DNA of 64,000 bases from Mariniblastus sp. (lineage in GTDB: Bacteria > Planctomycetota > Planctomycetia > Pirellulales > Pirellulaceae). The translations under genes and the position numbers were made by a program. The notes below the pieces were generated by a model that saw only the letters and a list, made by a program, of their open reading frames with translations, made no database searches and was not told the origin of the DNA. The DNA is taken from assembly GCA_029251085.1 (NCBI GenBank), contig JAQXDZ010000039.1, positions 564 through 64,563 on the forward strand, in the 5' to 3' direction. This document shows positions 62,890 through 64,000 of this stretch, one piece after another. How positions within the stretch are numbered: the stretch's first letter is position 1; the number at the start of each line of letters is the position of its first letter.

Positions 62890-64000
62890 ATGGAAATTAT
62901 ATTTGGCGTTGCCACCTTTACACTTGTCGTTCTTGCGTTGGTAGGACTGATTTTACTGGCGAAAAGCTTTCTCGTTTCGAGTGGCAATATTAAGATTCTC
63001 GTCAACGATCAGAAAGAGATCAGTGTTCCCGCCGGTGGCAAACTAATGAGCGCCCTTGCCGAGGAAGGAATTTTTGTTTCTTCCGCTTGTGGAGGCGGAG
63101 GAACTTGTGCTCAGTGCGAAGTGAAAGTCCTGTCTGGTGGCGGAGATATTCTACCGACCGAGACTGGGCACATTAGCAAGCGTGAAGCACGCGAAGGATG
63201 TCGTCTCTCATGCCAGGTTGCCGTGAAGCAAGACATGGTCGTTGAGGTGCCTGATGAAGCGTTTGATACGAAAAAGTGGGAATGCACCGTACGCTCAAAC
63301 CACAACGTAGCAACCTTCATTAAGGAATTAGTCCTTGAACTGCCTGAGGGCGAGGACGTCGATTTCAAGGCGGGCGGGTACATTCAAATTGAAGCACCGC
63401 CTCACGTCGTCGAATACAAAGATTTTGATATCGAAGATGAATACCACTCGGATTGGGACAAGTACGACGTTTGGCGTTACAAGTCAGAAGTGGACGAAGA
63501 GGTAATCCGCGCGTACTCGATGGCGAACTATCCGGGAGAAAAAGGCATCATTATGCTCAACGTTCGCGTTGCTTCTCCGCCCCCAAGATTGGACAACGTA
63601 CCGCCAGGGAAAATGTCGTCATTCATCTTCAACCTAAAACCAGGCGACAAAGTTACCATCTCAGGCCCTTACGGTGAATTCTTCATCAAGGAAACCGAAT
63701 CAGAGATGCTCTACGTTGGTGGTGGTGCCGGGATGGCGCCGCTGCGAAGTCATATTTTTGAGCTTTTCAAAAGTCTCAAAACCGGCCGTAAGGTTTCTTA
63801 CTGGTACGGTGGTCGAAGTCTACGCGAACTGTTTTACATCGATGAATTCCGGGCACTCGAAGAGGAGTTTCCTAACTTCCAGTTCAATTTGGCGCTCTCG
63901 GAACCGCTTCCTGAAGATAATTGGACGGGCTATACCGGATTCATTCATCAAGTCGTGATCGACAATTACCTCAAGGATCATGAAGCTCCGGAAGATATCG
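62890..64000 (+). CDS. nqrF: Na+-NQR subunit F (runs off the window)
   Basis: Manual translation [18 protein letters not shown]..., 2Fe-2[26 protein letters not shown] and [12 protein letters not shown]. Confidence 0.96.
   Translation, partial: MEIIFGVATFTLVVLALVGLILLAKSFLVSSGNIKILVNDQKEISVPAGGKLMSALAEEGIFVSSACGGGGTCAQCEVKVLSGGGDILPTETGHISKREAREGCRLSCQVAVKQDMVVEVPDEAFDTKKWECTVRSNHNVATFIKELVLELPEGEDVDFKAGGYIQIEAPPHVVEYKDFDIEDEYHSDWDKYDVWRYKSEVDEEVIRAYSMANYPGEKGIIMLNVRVASPPPRLDNVPPGKMSSFIFNLKPGDKVTISGPYGEFFIKETESEMLYVGGGAGMAPLRSHIFELFKSLKTGRKVSYWYGGRSLRELFYIDEFRALEEEFPNFQFNLALSEPLPEDNWTGYTGFIHQVVIDNYLKDHEAPEDI

Overview
A 64-kb chromosomal segment that looks like a marine planctomycete (Pirellulales-type), judged from the DUF1559 pilin-like gene, DUF1573 gene, two sulfatases, Tat-exported Gfo/Idh/MocA and prenyltransferase-repeat proteins, and the Na+-NQR operon. 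It holds about 45 CDS, including tyrA, mog, surE, guaA, ettA, tkt, carA, lexA and nqrABCDEF, plus two tRNAs (Lys-TTT, Ser-GCT) and a TetR-RND efflux operon. I saw no integrase, transposase or CRISPR array. The main finding is a beta-1,3-glucan (laminarin) locus with a GH149-type phosphorylase, a secreted GH158-like glucanase and a LacI regulator. It has no SusC/D, TonB-dependent or ABC transporter. Instead, a DUF1559 type-IV-pilin-like gene and a partner lipoprotein gene sit behind the same LacI operator (TGAAACCGGTTTCA consensus) with a similar -10/operator layout, suggesting a pilin-based glycan-capture module. Other candidates are a possible leader/arrest peptide ahead of the carbonic anhydrase-SulP pair, a 48-aa Lys-rich protein missed by the ORF track, two orphan terminators that imply small RNAs, and a putative LexA box. 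All family calls come from motif recognition by eye; no database search was run.
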